Sequence record: LC727695.1
Direction: 5' to 3' (one strand)
DNA length: 64,000 bases
Shown piece after piece: positions 63,103 to 64,000 of the stretch. Below the pieces are notes generated by a model that worked only from the letters and a program-made list of their open reading frames with translations, did not search any database and was not told the DNA's origin. How positions within the stretch are numbered: position 1 is the first letter of the stretch; the number at the start of each line of letters is the position of its first letter. Position numbers and translations under genes: made by a program.

Positions 63103-63735
63103 TTACCATTCAACCTTAAATTCACCGCATTTAAATGACAGTTTATTAGATCGATGATCTCGCCCAAACCAACATCCTTCCTTGGTAACTGCATCTGCGA
63201 TTTGTGGTTTAACCATATTGTTTTTGTATGATTCACGAAGTGCAGTATATAGGGCTTTATGACATGTTTCGAAGAATACCTTATTAATAGGATTCTTATC
63301 ATTAACTCGTGCTAGTGAATGTTTATCAAGAAGAGTGTGCATTCCAATTGAATACTTCTGGATAGTTTCTAGATCTTTCTTAAGCGCCCAGATACCATAA
63401 GTTACTTTTAGAGAAGTATTAGCTTTGGTTGATGGAATAAATGCTGATGGGTCATCAATCATTGGTGCTAATTGCTCAGTGGAATATGGATTATAAGAAA
63501 GATATTGTTGGCCATCCCAAATATACATATCCATTGTATCTTGAACGACATATAGAACTAGAACTTTACCATTTGCCGGTAGATCACATTTTGTATTTAC
63601 TTCTACAGTGTCATTAAAATCTGGTTTATAGTTACTATAACTATTCATCAATACCACATCATCGAATAGTCCTGCCATATTCACCGTATTTTTGTTTAGT
63701 AATTCTTTAAAGAATTTATTCATTTTAGCTAGCAT
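63103..63735 (-). CDS. Hypothetical protein, 210 aa
   Basis: AGGAG RBS. Confidence 0.75.
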   Translation of the reverse strand: MLAKMNKFFKELLNKNTVNMAGLFDDVVLMNSYSNYKPDFNDTVEVNTKCDLPANGKVLVLYVVQDTMDMYIWDGQQYLSYNPYSTEQLAPMIDDPSAFIPSTKANTSLKVTYGIWALKKDLETIQKYSIGMHTLLDKHSLARVNDKNPINKVFFETCHKALYTALRESYKNNMVKPQIADAVTKEGCWFGRDHRSNKLSFKCGEFKVEW

Positions 63736-63787
63736 TGTATTACTCCTTTTTTACAATATTTGATTAAACTATACATTACTCATAAAT

Positions 63788-63809
63788 AAGCCCCTCCGAA
63801 GAGGGGCTT
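63788..63809. terminator. GC hairpin
   Basis: aagcccctc-cgaa-gaggggctt. Confidence 0.7.
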
Positions 63810-63815
63810 TCATGC

Positions 63816-64000
63816 TTATTTGATAAGCTTAAGTAGAACAGCATTATCAACAAGAGCGCCACGAATAACTTGTAGATAAGATCCATCAGCAGTGATAATG
63901 TACATTTTGTGGGTACGTGCATCATCTGAATCTTTAGAGCTATTTAGACGCTTTGCCATTCCCATGATTACTTGAGTAATCTTAGGTTCAGTAAGTTTAC
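63816..64000 (-). CDS. C-terminal end of a hypothetical protein that begins beyond the window
   Basis: Frame ...KLTEPKITQVIMGMAKRL...AVLLKLIK ends in TAA at 63816-63818. Confidence 0.65.
   Translation of the reverse strand, partial: KLTEPKITQVIMGMAKRLNSSKDSDDARTHKMYIITADGSYLQVIRGALVDNAVLLKLIK

Overview
About 64 kb of an AT-rich phiKZ-like Pseudomonas jumbo phage genome (Phikzvirus type), read in reverse relative to the usual phiKZ numbering and covering roughly gp181 to gp124. The 260-aa endolysin at 42788-43570 matches phiKZ gp144 as I remember it, and the gene order follows phiKZ. The gp numbers below come from recall and synteny, not from a database search. The window holds most subunits of the split virion RNA polymerase, the head protease and its substrates, the portal, the spike with its PAAR tip, and tail fibre genes including a collagen-like fibre. 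It also holds RecA-, SbcC-, RNase H- and RuvC-like enzymes, a lysis cassette, a small early-gene island and a family of conserved GC-rich hairpins. I saw no tRNA, rRNA, CRISPR array or IS element. Main leads: (1) an intron-free beta-prime RNAP gene with a synonymous GC-rich patch on the DFDGD catalytic motif; (2) a gene split by one in-frame amber codon; (3) a second inner-membrane protein plus lipoprotein pair besides the classic spanins; (4) a 2OG-Fe(II) oxygenase with a degenerate partner in the fibre locus, possibly modifying the collagen-like fibre.
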